From the NCBI GenBank assembly GCA_937625935.1, contig OW569357.1:248001-312000 (forward strand): a DNA stretch of 64,000 bases. Direction: 5' to 3'. Below are positions 24,609 to 37,618 of this stretch, one piece after another. Both the position numbers and the translations under genes were made by a program. The notes under the pieces are model-generated. The model did not search any database. It saw only the letters and a program-made list of their open reading frames with translations, and had not been told where the DNA came from. The DNA is from Tetramitus jugosus. Lineage: Eukaryota > Protista > Heterolobosea. Position 1 is the first letter of the stretch, and each line of letters begins with the position of its first letter.

Positions 24609-25103
24609 TCACAATTCCACTGCTCTTGCAGACACAATGGACACATTCTCAATGGGTCTGCTCTGAGCATCCACCATGACCATTCCAAGATTCTTTACGA
24701 CACTCATACCACTCTTCACACGACCGAATATGGTATGTTTTCCGTCCAACCATGGAGTAGGTGCTAACGTAATAAAGAATTGACTGGCATTGGTGTTGGG
24801 ACCTGCATTAGCCATACTTACAACTCCTGCACCCACATGCTTCAACTCTGTCGTAATTTCATCCTCAAATTTGCCACCAAAAACACTTTCACCACCTCTA
24901 CCAGTGCCTGTGGGATCTCCTCCCTGAATCATAAAATTTTGAATGATACGATGAAAGAGAACACCATTGTAGTAGCCGCTGTTGGCCAATTCACCAAAAT
25001 TGAAGCATGTTTTGGGTGCGTGACGGTAATACAGCTCAATTTCTATTTCTCCTGCATTGGTCTGGAGGATCACCGATTGGTATGTCTTTGGGAAAGCGTT
25101 CAT
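24609..25103 (-). CDS. PPIL1: Cyclophilin-type PPIase, PPIL1
   Basis: [82 protein letters not shown]. Confidence 0.95.
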   Translation of the reverse strand: MNAFPKTYQSVILQTNAGEIEIELYYRHAPKTCFNFGELANSGYYNGVLFHRIIQNFMIQGGDPTGTGRGGESVFGGKFEDEITTELKHVGAGVVSMANAGPNTNASQFFITLAPTPWLDGKHTIFGRVKSGMSVVKNLGMVMVDAQSRPIENVSIVSARAVEL

Positions 25104-25183
25104 TTGTGTTTGATCACCGGAATTGGTTTTTTCTCTTGTGGATTTTGTAAAGTAAACGAAAAATATTCCGCTCTTGTATCTTT

Positions 25184-26503
25184 TTATTCTACATGCTGGT
25201 TTGTCTCGTTCTGTTCAGCATCACAACTGTTGGTGACCTCATTGCTGTCACTGGTATCATTGCTTGTATTCGTGTTCACAACAGGTACCACAGTTTGTTT
25301 CGGGTGAACAGGTGAACGAACCGAGAATTTTCTGGATTTGGGTGTTGTGGGAGATGACAATGGTACTGCACCATGTTGAGGTTTGATCGATGGAGGTGGT
25401 AGTAGCCTGGCTGAAATGGGTCGTATGGCACCACTCGCTCCCGATGTGTCATGATAGTATTCAATTCCATGAGGAACAATCCGATTCTCTGCCAACTGCC
25501 TCCGCAACACTGTAATCTCCTTCTCCTTCTCCACGATTCTACCGTACAAATCCTTTATCGTCGAATTCATTTGTTCAATCATCACTTTAGAGTCTTGCAC
25601 CGAGTTCTCTTGATGTTGGTGTTTAGTAGCCATCGAAAATCGTTTCATGCGACTGACGAACGAAGACATGAGCTTATTGGGAGAGCCTGCCTCTGGAGTA
25701 GACGAACCCTTGTCTAACGACCTATTGTCACTGTAAGAGTATCTTCTGGGTGACCTTATGACTGTGTAATTACTGTCTTCACTACCACCGTCACCACTGT
25801 CCGTATCATCGCTCTTGTGTTGTTGCTGTTGTTGTTGCTGTTGCTGTTTCTGTTGCTGTTCGACAGCGAGAGATGGAAACTTTTCGAGTGCATAACGTCC
25901 AATAAACATCTCAAACAGTGTACTCTGAAGAAACATGTCGAACATGTCTGTTTTCAATTGAAATACGATTTGATATTCTAATTCTCGGAATGCAGAGTGA
26001 TAGTGTAGTTGTTGTTGCTGTAGCTGTTGTTGGGATTCATCTATTTCTCCTGCATTGTTGTTCTGCTCTTTTTGTTGTTGTTGTTGTTGTTGAATGTTTT
26101 GAAAGGCTAATTCACATGTCTGTCTCATCTGGAGGTCCACATTGATTTCTCTCATTGAACCGACACGGACAAACGTATCCAACAAATTCAGAGATAGTTG
26201 CTCTTGTTGTTGAACTTGGGACTGTGGTATGCGTTTCAATGATGCCACGAGGTCCAAAAAATCCAACTGCTCCGTGGAGTGTAGTTGCGTGAGGAATTGA
26301 CGAAAGCATGCTCGTGCTGAATTCGTTTCCAAAACTTTGTGAAAATTGAAGAAGGCTGTTATTGGCTCTCGTGAGCTCATGTTATATCTGTATATGTGTT
26401 TGCTTTTTTGCGAGAGTGTGTTGAGAGAGTACTCTCTCGTTTCCAGTATCTGATTCGGGGGAGAACGTGAAATGAGTGAGTGGTGACTTGTCATGTCAAC
26501 CAT
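25184..26503 (-). CDS. RGS-domain protein with polyQ tracts and a coiled coil
   Basis: [46 protein letters not shown]. Confidence 0.85.
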   Translation of the reverse strand: MVDMTSHHSLISRSPPNQILETREYSLNTLSQKSKHIYRYNMSSREPITAFFNFHKVLETNSARACFRQFLTQLHSTEQLDFLDLVASLKRIPQSQVQQQEQLSLNLLDTFVRVGSMREINVDLQMRQTCELAFQNIQQQQQQQKEQNNNAGEIDESQQQLQQQQLHYHSAFRELEYQIVFQLKTDMFDMFLQSTLFEMFIGRYALEKFPSLAVEQQQKQQQQQQQQQHKSDDTDSGDGGSEDSNYTVIRSPRRYSYSDNRSLDKGSSTPEAGSPNKLMSSFVSRMKRFSMATKHQHQENSVQDSKVMIEQMNSTIKDLYGRIVEKEKEITVLRRQLAENRIVPHGIEYYHDTSGASGAIRPISARLLPPPSIKPQHGAVPLSSPTTPKSRKFSVRSPVHPKQTVVPVVNTNTSNDTSDSNEVTNSCDAEQNETNQHVE

Positions 26504-27478
26504 CTCTGCATTTGGTGTTCATGACCATTGCCGCTCCCTTGGTCTTACCACATCGAGTTCTCCTCAATCACATTTGGAAGATAGGAGTGATATTCTCATG
26601 AGAGTTTAAACGTAACATCCAGAGCATCCAAAATGATTGAAGAATTTGAGGGGATACCACTTTGAAACTGGAAGATGGCAAATTTTTTCCACAGATGGGA
26701 CCAAACACTCTTGTTCTCAGATTCCCAAGCGACCAATAAAAGGGTCAAAAAAAACTGCACAACAAAAAGAAGAATGCAATCTCTCCTTGTCACAATGAAA
26801 GATTACAGGAAAAAATGATACTTGGATTTCCATGACCAGAGATGAGTGAGCCCAGTGCTGGCAGCTCTCGTCGGCAAGAAAATCGGGGATCAAAAGGATT
26901 CGAAGCGCCAGAATGGGCATGAGTAATCTCGAAGATTCCATCTTGTCTTGCTTCCATGACAGACTGATCATGTTCATTCTGGAAACCAAGAATGGACCAT
27001 TGAGACATCACGAAAAGGCACGACTCTTGCACCGTAAACACCGTTCTCGCGGGATGGAGTTCACCCTGTTCGTTTCTTCAGCCACACCCGTCGGGGTAAG
27101 ACTGACTCAGAACCTTCGATCAAAATCGCATTCCAACCAAAGACAACAAACAATCATCACCAACCACACACCGCACCAACAACAAACACACATTCCATCA
27201 CACAGCCAATCGTTTGCTTTTCTGCTCAACTACCCTTTGGTTTCTCGTATGAAAATTGTGTGGTACAATCAACATTAGCTTTTTGCACAACACCTGAAAA
27301 AAAAACAACCGCCAAATTCTCCACTACCTACGATTTCATTTCTTATACTATTTAATAGACCAAGCGTTGTGCACAACATCTTCTTCTTGCTCACATAACC
27401 ATCACTGTATCATACTCCATCAACAAACAACCAATCATTCATCTCTCTCATACTCTGATAAAATCATCACAAATAAAA

Positions 27479-30088
27479 ATGCAAAGCAACAACAATAATA
27501 TGCAAAGCAATCACACGAATAATATCATCAACAATAATAATCACTTTATGCTATTGTTTCAACAACATCAACAACAACAACAATTACAGCAGCAACAGCA
27601 ACAACAACAAATGGCTTCAGTTGGAGCGGCTGTTGTAGGACCATCTTCCTCCACTCCACCTCACATACCTCTGACTGCCCATCAACAAGCCACTAATTTT
27701 GCTCAATTGATGTTTGGTGGTAGCACAGAGTTTGAAACCAAGGTAAACACAACCATAGCATCACCCACTGCATCGACTCCACCTCCATCATCATCTTCTC
27801 CCTCTAACAGTACAACAACAACACCAACAGCAGCAATCACTACATTTATTCATCAACCACCTCCCATGTTCAATGTAAACTCAACTACCAACATTATTAT
27901 TCCATCATCAACCAATTTGAATCACAATTCTCAACAGCAACAACAACAACAACAACAAGTTCAATCCATGATGCATCGGTCTCCAAGCACGCCTCAACCT
28001 CACTTGCACCAACAACAACTACAACAACAACATCAACAACACATGTATTCATCATCATCCATGGATCTCTCGTCATCATTATCATCTGATTCTCAGCTCT
28101 CCAACAATCATAGCAACATGAGTAATAACAACAATAACAATGGCGGTGGCTCTCTCTTTTCAAATGGTACCGGAAGTGGGCTCTCTCATGTTTCAGTCAT
28201 GGCCAATCAATTGCCATTTGGTGCTCAATTCATGGCCAGTTCCAAAACAGCAATGTCACAACATCACTTGTTGAACAATAACGGCAGAGCAAGAAGTGCA
28301 AGTATGGGCAGCAGCACTCCACTGTCTGTTCTAGAGCACTCTAGCAGTCCCACTAAAATTCTCAAGGCCAAGAAGACGACAGCTGCTCTTCAACCGACCA
28401 GAAGAACAGGACCAGTGAGGCGGTCAAAAAAGGGAGGTTGGTCCGAAGAGGAAGATGAAATGTTGAAGAATGCCGTTGAATTGCACAATGGAAAGAATTG
28501 GAAGAAAATTGCAGAAATGCTACAGAATCGCTCCAGCGTCCAATGTTTGCACAGGTGGCAAAAAGTTTTGAATCCCAATCTTGTGAAGGGCCCATGGACA
28601 AAACAAGAGGATGAGTCAATTGTTCAATTGGTTGCTACTTATGGAGCAGAGAATTGGAGCATGATTGCCTCTCATTTACCAGGTAGAATTGGTAAGCAGT
28701 GCAGAGAACGATGGTACAATCACTTGGATCCAAATGTCAAGAAGGAACCATGGAGCGAAGAAGAAGAGCAAAAATTATTGGACGCACAAGTCAAACTAGG
28801 AAACAAGTGGGCAGAGATTTCAAAACTGCTGCCAGGTAGACCTGACAATGCCTGTAAGAATCACTACAATTCTCTTGTTGCTAGAAGGAAAAAAGTAACG
28901 TCACCAGAGGACGGAGGAGAGATATCATCACCTCGTACACCAACATCAACACAATCAATCTCCACAGCAGTCGTCGCATCATCATCTTCATCATCGGGGA
29001 GTCCTGTGATGAATGAAGCTGTTGAAAATAGTGGCCTTTCCCCTCTTCAAACCATGCCCTCCCTAAACGCTGCAAGGGCAATGCAAAGAGCAAAGCGGTC
29101 GCGCAGAGATGATCTTATTGGAGCAAGTCGACATCAAAGATCTCTCAGTGATACTGTGTTCTATCAGTTTAGTCAGACGTTGCAGAATTCAGGAGGATTG
29201 CAGAACTCATCTTTTGCCAATGAGAGCAGAGAACTACAAAACAATGAATTGCTCCAACCGATCCATATGCATCAGAGTCAACTACAGCAATCACCACCAC
29301 AAATGCACCAATTGCGATTGCATCACTCACCTGTCGAAACTATTTCCAACAATCAGCATTATCAATCACCGAATGAGAACATGTATGTCAATGCTCAATC
29401 CATGCATTTCACCATGTCGCAGTACGATGTTTCACATATGAATCATCCAAATAATACGACATATGCTTCAATGAATGCACCTGTGCAAGAATTCTCTCAA
29501 CAGATGCAAATTGATCAAGTCGAGTACGAGAACAATAGGGATCACATGGAACTTCAGAGACAGTTGAATGTCGCGCAGTTACAACATCCTTCACCGAATG
29601 ATTTCTCTCACTTTAATCTCAGTGCGATTCAATCAAGCAATAGCATCTTGACACCACCAGAGATTGCCATCTCCTCTCCTACTTCTCTCTTCTCGACAGA
29701 CTTTCTCTCTATTGATGCCTCGGAAGATGATTTCCCACGATTGGAGACGAGTGAGTCATCAGAGCTTCAACAAGCTGATGGGCACAGCATCAAGCAAGAA
29801 GAATCCGATATATTTATGACAGAAGAACAGAACATGGCATCTGTTTTCGATTCTGAAACAATGTACAATAACAACAATACTGATCTTCTGAGTGGCTTGG
29901 GCGAACTAAGCCCATCCATCACGCCAAGCTTCATTACGACGATGAACGAAGCGATAGACGACAGAGGAACACCACAACGCAAGAAAAAGAAAGTTGTCCA
30001 TGCTCACCACATGCGGTCGCACTCCTTTGATGTGTCAATGTTGCAACAACAATCAAAGTCGAGGCTCAGAGAGCAATTTTTCTTCTAA
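27479..30088 (+). CDS. Three-repeat (R1R2R3) MYB transcription factor
   Basis: [77 protein letters not shown], with a Q/N/S-rich N-terminus. Confidence 0.95.
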   Translation: MQSNNNNMQSNHTNNIINNNNHFMLLFQQHQQQQQLQQQQQQQQMASVGAAVVGPSSSTPPHIPLTAHQQATNFAQLMFGGSTEFETKVNTTIASPTASTPPPSSSSPSNSTTTTPTAAITTFIHQPPPMFNVNSTTNIIIPSSTNLNHNSQQQQQQQQQVQSMMHRSPSTPQPHLHQQQLQQQHQQHMYSSSSMDLSSSLSSDSQLSNNHSNMSNNNNNNGGGSLFSNGTGSGLSHVSVMANQLPFGAQFMASSKTAMSQHHLLNNNGRARSASMGSSTPLSVLEHSSSPTKILKAKKTTAALQPTRRTGPVRRSKKGGWSEEEDEMLKNAVELHNGKNWKKIAEMLQNRSSVQCLHRWQKVLNPNLVKGPWTKQEDESIVQLVATYGAENWSMIASHLPGRIGKQCRERWYNHLDPNVKKEPWSEEEEQKLLDAQVKLGNKWAEISKLLPGRPDNACKNHYNSLVARRKKVTSPEDGGEISSPRTPTSTQSISTAVVASSSSSSGSPVMNEAVENSGLSPLQTMPSLNAARAMQRAKRSRRDDLIGASRHQRSLSDTVFYQFSQTLQNSGGLQNSSFANESRELQNNELLQPIHMHQSQLQQSPPQMHQLRLHHSPVETISNNQHYQSPNENMYVNAQSMHFTMSQYDVSHMNHPNNTTYASMNAPVQEFSQQMQIDQVEYENNRDHMELQRQLNVAQLQHPSPNDFSHFNLSAIQSSNSILTPPEIAISSPTSLFSTDFLSIDASEDDFPRLETSESSELQQADGHSIKQEESDIFMTEEQNMASVFDSETMYNNNNTDLLSGLGELSPSITPSFITTMNEAIDDRGTPQRKKKKVVHAHHMRSHSFDVSMLQQQSKSRLREQFFF

Positions 30089-30373
30089 ACAACAAAAAGT
30101 CGAAGTAAAAAAGATTGATAACCTTTTATTTCCAACGAAACATTTGCAGTCCATCGCCTCATGAAGCTTCACGTTAACATCCTCACACGTTCTCCAACAT
30201 TAAAAGAGAGGGCTTGGGACGCTGTCCTTTTTTCTGGTTTTGTCGGCGGTTCATCGAGTTGGTTGAATTGTAAACCCTCGCTCCAGGTTGACTTGCGAAA
30301 AATCGAAAAACAATAATCCACACAAAAACAAACGAAACACTTCATCAACACCCATTGCCAAAAAATCGTCAAA

Positions 30374-30956
30374 ATGCCAGCTCAAACTCGTGCTCCTCGC
30401 AAGGATAAGAAGGGAAGAACCCAAGAACAAAGAAGAAAGGAAATCAAGAGAGGTCCAGCTCAATTGAAGAAGAAGATTCAAAAGCAACCTTTCTTCGTCA
30501 CCAGACAACAAGCTAGACCAAAGGCTGCAAAGGAAGTCACATATGAAGTTACCTTCAACTTGAGCACTGCTTTGAAGAACATGTGCGGCATGAAGAGAAG
30601 AGCCCCAAGAGCTGTTCGTGACATCAAGCATTATGCTAGAAGATTCATGAACACTCAAGTTGTCAAGCTCGATAGCGATTTGAACAAGTACTTGTGGTCT
30701 CAAGGTATCAGAAACCCACCAAAGTAAGTTATTTTTTCTCAAATTGTTTTTGATGGAATGGATGATTGACCGATTTTTTTCTCATTACAGGAAGCTCAGA
30801 CTTGTCTTCGAAAGAAAGCCTATTGAAACTACTGAAGAAGAACAAACCCAAGGAAAGCAACAATACTATACTTTGATCAAGTACAAGTTGGTACCTACTT
30901 TTGCTGGATTGAGCGCAGCTAGACTTGATGCTTCAAGCGAGGAATCCCAAGAATAA
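30374..30956 (+). CDS. RPL31: 60S ribosomal protein L31 (eL31) (exons 30374-30723, 30791-30956)
   Basis: KRRAPRAVRDIK..VKLDSDLNKYLWSQGIRNPPKKLRL. Intron 30724-30790 (GTAAGT..CAG). Confidence 0.95.
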
Positions 30957-31191
30957 ATGTATTGCGAATGGACTTCGTGTTTAAACAGATCATCTTTATT
31001 TTTATTTTTTGACACTTGCAGTCACCAAAAAAGACTGCCCGATATCGGAGAGCGACCAACCAAAAAAATCCACTGACAAGAACCTAACCAAACTTAACAC
31101 AAGTTCTGTTGTATAAAAGTTGTCAACTTAGCTCACAGATCATCCCAAAACAAACTCAAAGTAACAAGTCATATATACAAACAACAAAACG

Positions 31192-31446
31192 ATGATAGCA
31201 AAGCCTCCAAGATCAACTGCTCGTACAATTGTTGAAGTCATTTGTGCCATCCTCCTTCCTCCGGTGACCGTGTTCTTGGAATGTGGTTTGCATGCTCACT
31301 TCTGGTTGAATATTGCCTTGTTGTTTTTTACTTTCTGGATTGGTGCTGTTATCCATGCGTTCTACATCATGTTTGCAAGACCAACTACTCTGCACGGTGT
31401 TTCCAAGACCTCATATGCCACTCAACCTACGGCAACCTATGCGTAG
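31192..31446 (+). CDS. PMP3/RCI2 (UPF0057) small membrane proteolipid
   Basis: ICAILLPPVTVFLECG..FWLNIALLFFTFWIGAVIHAFYI. Confidence 0.9.
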   Translation: MIAKPPRSTARTIVEVICAILLPPVTVFLECGLHAHFWLNIALLFFTFWIGAVIHAFYIMFARPTTLHGVSKTSYATQPTATYA

Positions 31447-31493
31447 GACCAACCATTGTATAAAACTTGTAGATAAAATGAACCAATTATTCA

Positions 31494-34400
31494 CTATTTA
31501 TTGTCCGATTGTTGTTTCTCAACCTTTTTGTATTGTCGAATTCTAGGCTTCGGGTGTTGCCTAACTGGTGGTGGTTGATGCGAAGTAGTAGCCGTTGTTG
31601 GTGAAGGATTGGCGAGAGGTGCTGAGACAGTTTCCGCTGCGGGGGAACCTTGATTAGGTTTTGGTGCTCGTGGCTGTCTTGCTCTATTGTTCTTATGAGG
31701 AGGCTTTTCGTGTCTCTCCTTTGCATTGTTCTTTGTTACCCTTGGAGCTTCAACATTTGACGTGGTAGCAGTGCTTGAAGGTTGACTCGCTTCATGTTTC
31801 ACTGGTGGTGCTGTGTTTGTTGTTGGTTGAGTGTCGGGGCTGTTCGTGGCTTGTTGTCGATGGTTCTCTATGGTTGTGGCACCAGTGTTAATAAACTTGG
31901 TCATGACTCCCAGAAGGTCTTGATAGTTCTTCTTTTCCAGCAGGTTAGAAATGGAGTCTCCATTAGTGTCTTTGATATCAAACATTGTACCATCTGCTTC
32001 AACACCAAGACTTGCAAGTTTCTCCTTGTGGGCACTCATGATAGCACACAGCTTACCAAAGAGCTTCACAATTTCTGCCTTTTGATCTTTCTTGCACTTT
32101 CCGTAATCAATGATGCATTGTTGAATAGGGAGGAGACCTATCGTGTTCTTCTCAAACACTAGAGGCAGAAGAGAAGGTTGAGACAGCAGTTGAGCTGCAC
32201 ACAAGTAACTCTTCCGTTCTAGACACTCCTGTAGTAAGTTTTGTGAACCGTGGGTCATTGGATCGATATGAATCTTGTTCAATTTGAGGAAATGAGACAA
32301 CAGAGTATGGTTGTTAGTATTGAGACAGGATTCGAGTAGTTGATTCCCATCGAGAGATGATGTCTTGACCAGCTTGTTCTTTAGGATGGCAGATACAAAT
32401 TTTAGGTGCTTGCGGTCAATGCTTCTCACCAAGATATGTTGGTTATTGTGGTTTTCTTGTTTGGAGAAACCAGTCACATCCTGAGGCTCCAGAATCTGTA
32501 CGTTTCTCACAAATGACTTCCACAAATCATTCACACATAGACTTTCCCCGTGTCCTACAATTGTTAGAGAGAATTGAGCTCTTGTAATTGCTACATTCAA
32601 TCGCCTTCGGTCAATACAGAATCCAAGATTTCCTCTGTCATTAGCACGCACAGTACTCAATATACACACTTGCTTCTCGCTGCCCTGATAGGAATCAACA
32701 GTGTTCACGTCATACCATTCTTCAGAATCATCTTCCAGTTCATATTCGTCTTCATTCTCATTGTCACTCATATCACTGTCATTCTCTTGTTCTTCTCTCG
32801 CTTGTTTTGAATCTGTTTTGCTGTCGCTCGTAGCGGTGCTTGCGACAACAACATTTGAGGTGTTTGTCGTGGATTGATTACTCTTCTTTTGCTCGTCATA
32901 CTTTGTCAGCTTCGAACGGATGAGATCGACTTGACCTCTATAGAAAGTGATGACTGCAATTTGACTCTTTTTCACTCCATATCTAGTCATGTATAAATCA
33001 ATGAGCTTCACAACAAGATCAGCTTCATGTTCATTCTGGAAGCTCTTTGTAGTTGGGTTGAATGTCTCTTTGGATTCAGGACAGTTGATGAAGAGACATG
33101 GGTGAAGACCATTGTCATATCTCGGTTTCCAGTCTGGATGAACATGATACTGTTTCACATTTTCTCCATCTTTCAGCGTATTATTATAGAACTGGCGTTC
33201 AGGATACTGAGAGATGCTAGGATGCATTCTGTATTGTGTGTCGAGTAATACTGGCTTATGATCTGGTACTCTGCCTGCATGTTCCTCCTGCTCCACAATG
33301 TTGATAATACGTTCAAACATACTGCGATTGTACTTTTTATCAATTGCTTCTTGAGACAGCACAGTAGATGGTAGCTGATGCGGATCTCCAATCAACACAA
33401 CTTGATCCGTAATCAGATCTAATGGAATCATGGATTCTGATTCAGTGACTTGCGCAGCCTCGTCAATGATCAACACATTAAATTTACTGCAATCTCTCAT
33501 CATTTGACGACCAGTGATGGCCAATGTAGCGAACACAACATCACAATTATCCAAAATTTTCTTTTCCACGTCTCTGTTATCGATACTAAGGTATCTTTGA
33601 CATTCGTCACATAGAACTTCGATTTGTTTATACGCAGCTTCAGCAGCAGTCGTAAGATCAAGTTTCTTCAGCTCCAAGCGCTTTCCCATTGCCAAAAATT
33701 CCAAAATAACACTCTTGACACTCTCAAACTTTTGATTCATTGGTTCCACTAATTCCTTACTCACTAGTTTGGTTGTTAGTAGTTGCGGTATTGTAGCTTC
33801 TGCCATATCCAACAAACTGATAATCTTGTCACTTCTACCAATAATAGAGTTTCTAGCATTCACAACACTCTTACTCTGTTTTGATTTTTCAAGAACCTCG
33901 AATTGCTCCTTTCTAATCGCGTCCATTTTGTGTCGAATGTCCTTTATCATTTTTACGAGACGTTTAAATCGTGTTGCAGGATCAATTTCTTTTGACAGTT
34001 CATCAATCTTCTCATCATTTCCAATTCTCGCCATCTTGTTTCGACTCGGATCATATCGTTCACCATTACTGTTGATGAGTCCATACTTTGATATTTTTGC
34101 CACGATATGATCAACAGCAACATTAGTGCCTGAACAAATCAACACTCGTTGCTTGTTCGCTAGCAGGGCCATAATCAAGCCAAGGAGTGTCGAAGTCTTT
34201 TAGTAGAATAAAAGTTAGTGGATACTTGAAGAAGAAGCATAGAAAAAGCTGTTGAAATGAAACACACCTTTCCTGATCCTGGAGGACCATGGATCAAGTG
34301 AACCTTCTTAGAAACATCATTTAGCACTTCATCAATTGCCTTGAACTGAGCTGGATTGTAATTCTTCTGCAAGTGTTCTTTCAATTTTGGTGCAATATTG

Positions 34401-35554
34401 TCAGCTCTCTGAATGATTCTTCGCTTTTGATTACCTCGCTTTTTAGTCCATGTCTCTGAAAGGAACTCTGGTACGGCCATTCGTTGAATGGATTCGTACT
34501 CTCGATGTTTGGTAACCATGTTGTACACTGGAATAACGAACCAATAATCATGTACACTTTCATTTCTGTAAATTCTCTTTCCACTCTTGCTTCTTCCCTT
34601 TGATGACTCCAAGTTAATCATGTGTTTTGTGTGAGGGTGCACATAGAATTTGGCTTTGAACAAGGTGGAAAGATTGCTCGTGGGGAGTCTGATGGGCTGT
34701 CTTACACCACCTTTCATCCCTCTCCTCTTTCCTCTTCGGGATCCTCCTCGACCACCCTTTCTGAGCCATGGTTGACTCTGCTGGTTAAACTTGCTGACAG
34801 ATAACTGATTTCCCTCTTCAATAATTGCAAAAAAGTGATTATGACTCGACAGCTCATCTAACCGTGGAGATCTAGAAATGACTACATAATCATGCTTTTG
34901 AAACAGAGGAATATAGGGTTCCTGTGTCGAATCTTTCTGTTCTCTTGGTATAATATTGAATGAAATTCCTGCTGCATCACCCTTGTTCTTTCCCTTCTTC
35001 CACTGTACAATTTTACACTTTGCAATATCACCATGTGAATTGGTTTGCAACGATTGAAGAATCTCTGCTCTCGTTTCCTCAAACACATAATCCAAAAACG
35101 AAAAGCAATACTGTTTGACACTCGTGTAATAGTCACTCACTGGTTGAAGCACCTTTGGTGTCTCCAGATCACTGTAGCTCCACTGAAGAACCTTATAATT
35201 CATATCGAATCGATGCTTATTCTTCTCATAATACAGAGCTTTACCCGAAACAGTCTTCTTCTTCTTCTTGTAATGTTCATGCCCCTGTTGCTTCTTCTTT
35301 TCACCTTGTTCATCATTATCATCATCATCATACTCTTCCTCATCATCATCATAATCATATTCTTCATCATCACTGGACTCTAGTGTCAATTCAAGCTTCA
35401 TTGGTCGATTTGCTGCGTCTTGATCATCACCAGTGCCTCTATTGAATCGACCATGACCTCCTCTGCCTCTTCTTGGTCCACCTCCACGTCCACGGCCTCT
35501 ACCACGGTGGCCGCCTCCACCACCGGTGCGTCCTGTTCCTCTGCTTCTTCCCAT
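31494..35554 (-). CDS. Sen1/senataxin/UPF1-like SF1B helicase with N-terminal RGG box and C-terminal ankyrin-like repeats (exons 35554-34268, 34196-31494)
   Basis: Walker A HGPPGSGK|TS restored across intron 34197-34267. Other motifs: IIDEAAQ, GDPHQLP, SMFER, LDTQYRMHPSI, ITFYRGQ, TVDSYQGSE, RRLNVAITRA. Confidence 0.9.
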
Positions 35555-35704
35555 TTTGATATTGTGATATATTATGCTTGATCAAGTTGATTTTTGTGCG
35601 TGCGAATATTCGAAGAGGGGTTTTGTTTGGATGATTTTTTGGTTTGGGTTTCAGCGAAGGGGCAGAAGAACTTTTGAATTTCACACGAAAAGAAGACCAG
35701 CATA

Positions 35705-37051
35705 ATGGTTTGTGTGGGAACAGCAATCAAGCTCAAGAGATGCTTCCAGACGAGTCATAGACTGGATCCCACCAAGAAATCCCAAGTTGATGGTTCTCTC
35801 GAGGATGATCAAGCAAGGTCCGAACATTTGCCAATCCTCAAGTGCAGTCACTGTGGTGTTTCATTTGCAAGTCAGGACTTTATAGTTCACAGTCCGGGTG
35901 CGTTTAGAGCTCACAAGGCGTACCGCACTGCGTCACGTCCTTTGATGACCAGTCACTTGAGAGGTATTATGCCGAGTGGAAAAGATGATGAATGGAGAGA
36001 GTTTTATGGCCCTGTGGAGTATGTTCACTTGGATTGTTGGCAGTATTGGCGAATTAGACCTCACAGAACAATGTTTGGCCATGGATTTCTATTTGGTGAT
36101 GAAGATCGTGTCTTTGACGAAAGAATTTCAACTTGGCAGGTATCGTATAATCAAATGATCGAGTCCTTGATACCATTGGAATCTCGAGAACAAAGAGAGC
36201 TGAAGGAGGAACAGGTAAAATTGGAAAGTTCAGCCTCATCGAGAAAGGAGAAACATGGCATCAGACTTCAACACGAGGACCCAGAAGAGCAGCAAGAAAG
36301 AAAACGACTTAGACTTGAACATGATCCAGGCAGTGAGATAATTAACTCTGACAAGAGAGATGCACACGTTTTGGGACTATCCTTCGATGTTTGGAATCAA
36401 ATATTATGCTACATTTCTGTTCCTGATATTCTAAGATATGTAGCATTGGTTTCCAAGGGCATGTACCAATACACGATTCTCGATTCTATGTGGAATTGTC
36501 TGGGGATTGTAAATTTGAGTTCGTCATTCGCTCAAATTAAACTGGAGCACTATCCAAGTATGAACTACAGGGAAGCATATCAAGTTTGTTCCAAACACGT
36601 ATGTGAGGGTTGTGGTGACTACTGCTCTAATCGAGAGTATAACTATTTTTATCCTCTGGATTGCATCATTTGTGTCGACAAGTGCCAAAAACTACCTCAA
36701 TTCAAACTGATGAACTGGACAGAAGCTACTCGGTATCATCCGCATCTACAGAAATCTGAAATTTTGCGAAGTATGATCGAGCCATTGGCCGTATTCCCTT
36801 CTCTTCAGTTTGTTGCATGTGAGATAAAGTTCCTTCGAGATATTCATCGACAGGATGAGTTGCGTAACTGTCTAATCCGTGAGTTATCCGAAAGGAAGGT
36901 ACAATTAGATAACGTGGAAACTGAAGTTCAAAAATGGATCGATGAAGAAAGGAGGAAGAGAAAGGGGTTACTGTACAATTTTATCTACCGCAACGAAACC
37001 AACGCTTCTGTAGTGTCCCGTGTTGTCTCCAAGTATTTGGGCGAGCACTGA
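35705..37051 (+). CDS. F-box protein with N-terminal CxxC..HxxC zinc finger and C-terminal XPA-like zinc module
   Basis: KCSHC...YVHLDCW, F-box LSFDVWNQILCYISVPDILRYVALVSKGMY..DSMW, then CEGC..CIICVDKC..FKLMNWTEA. Confidence 0.7.
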   Translation: MVCVGTAIKLKRCFQTSHRLDPTKKSQVDGSLEDDQARSEHLPILKCSHCGVSFASQDFIVHSPGAFRAHKAYRTASRPLMTSHLRGIMPSGKDDEWREFYGPVEYVHLDCWQYWRIRPHRTMFGHGFLFGDEDRVFDERISTWQVSYNQMIESLIPLESREQRELKEEQVKLESSASSRKEKHGIRLQHEDPEEQQERKRLRLEHDPGSEIINSDKRDAHVLGLSFDVWNQILCYISVPDILRYVALVSKGMYQYTILDSMWNCLGIVNLSSSFAQIKLEHYPSMNYREAYQVCSKHVCEGCGDYCSNREYNYFYPLDCIICVDKCQKLPQFKLMNWTEATRYHPHLQKSEILRSMIEPLAVFPSLQFVACEIKFLRDIHRQDELRNCLIRELSERKVQLDNVETEVQKWIDEERRKRKGLLYNFIYRNETNASVVSRVVSKYLGEH

Positions 37052-37261
37052 TTTGCATTAAACGAGATGACATTTTATTTTCCACTCTTTTCTCATGTGC
37101 GATTCTACATGCAATGTCATCCTTATTCTGACTTACCAGGCATGTATACTACATATGCGGCTTGATGATCCATCTCTTAAGAATGAGAAACGAAGAAACA
37201 AGATATTTTTCCAAAAAGTATTGCAATCCGTGCTTTGAAAAGGCAAGAGAGACGCAAGTTC

Positions 37262-37618
37262 TCAACCCTTGAGACCAGCTCCACCACCTCCCACATTCAC
37301 ACCATACTTTTTCCTCTCGTAGAACAAGTCAGTCTTAGCTGTACCAATGTTCAAAATCTTTGGACAACCGTCTCGGTCCTTCTCTTGTCTCACGCACTCT
37401 CTACAATAGTAGGCATCACTGACACCGACTCCTCCACAAATGACACAACGTCCCTGGAATGATCCATAGTTGCACTCGTCGCAAATACGCACAAGTGTGT
37501 GTTGACTGACCATACTGTCGCAAATGACGCATTTTCCATCACATTTTTCACACAAACGACCAATTGCAATGCCTGGTTGTTTGCGGCACATGATGAGGTC
37601 TGGATGATGCTTGGACAT
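37262..37618 (-). CDS. PHF5A: PHD finger-like protein 5A (Rds3, SF3b subunit)
   Basis: [35 protein letters not shown]...DRDGCPKI...[10 protein letters not shown]. Confidence 0.99.
   Translation of the reverse strand: MSKHHPDLIMCRKQPGIAIGRLCEKCDGKCVICDSMVSQHTLVRICDECNYGSFQGRCVICGGVGVSDAYYCRECVRQEKDRDGCPKILNIGTAKTDLFYERKKYGVNVGGGGAGLKG

Noticed and set aside
37131-37140. ACTTACCAGG resembling the U1 snRNA 5' end
   Set aside because: It differs from ACTTACCTGG, and no U1-70K or U1A loop motifs or Sm site follow.
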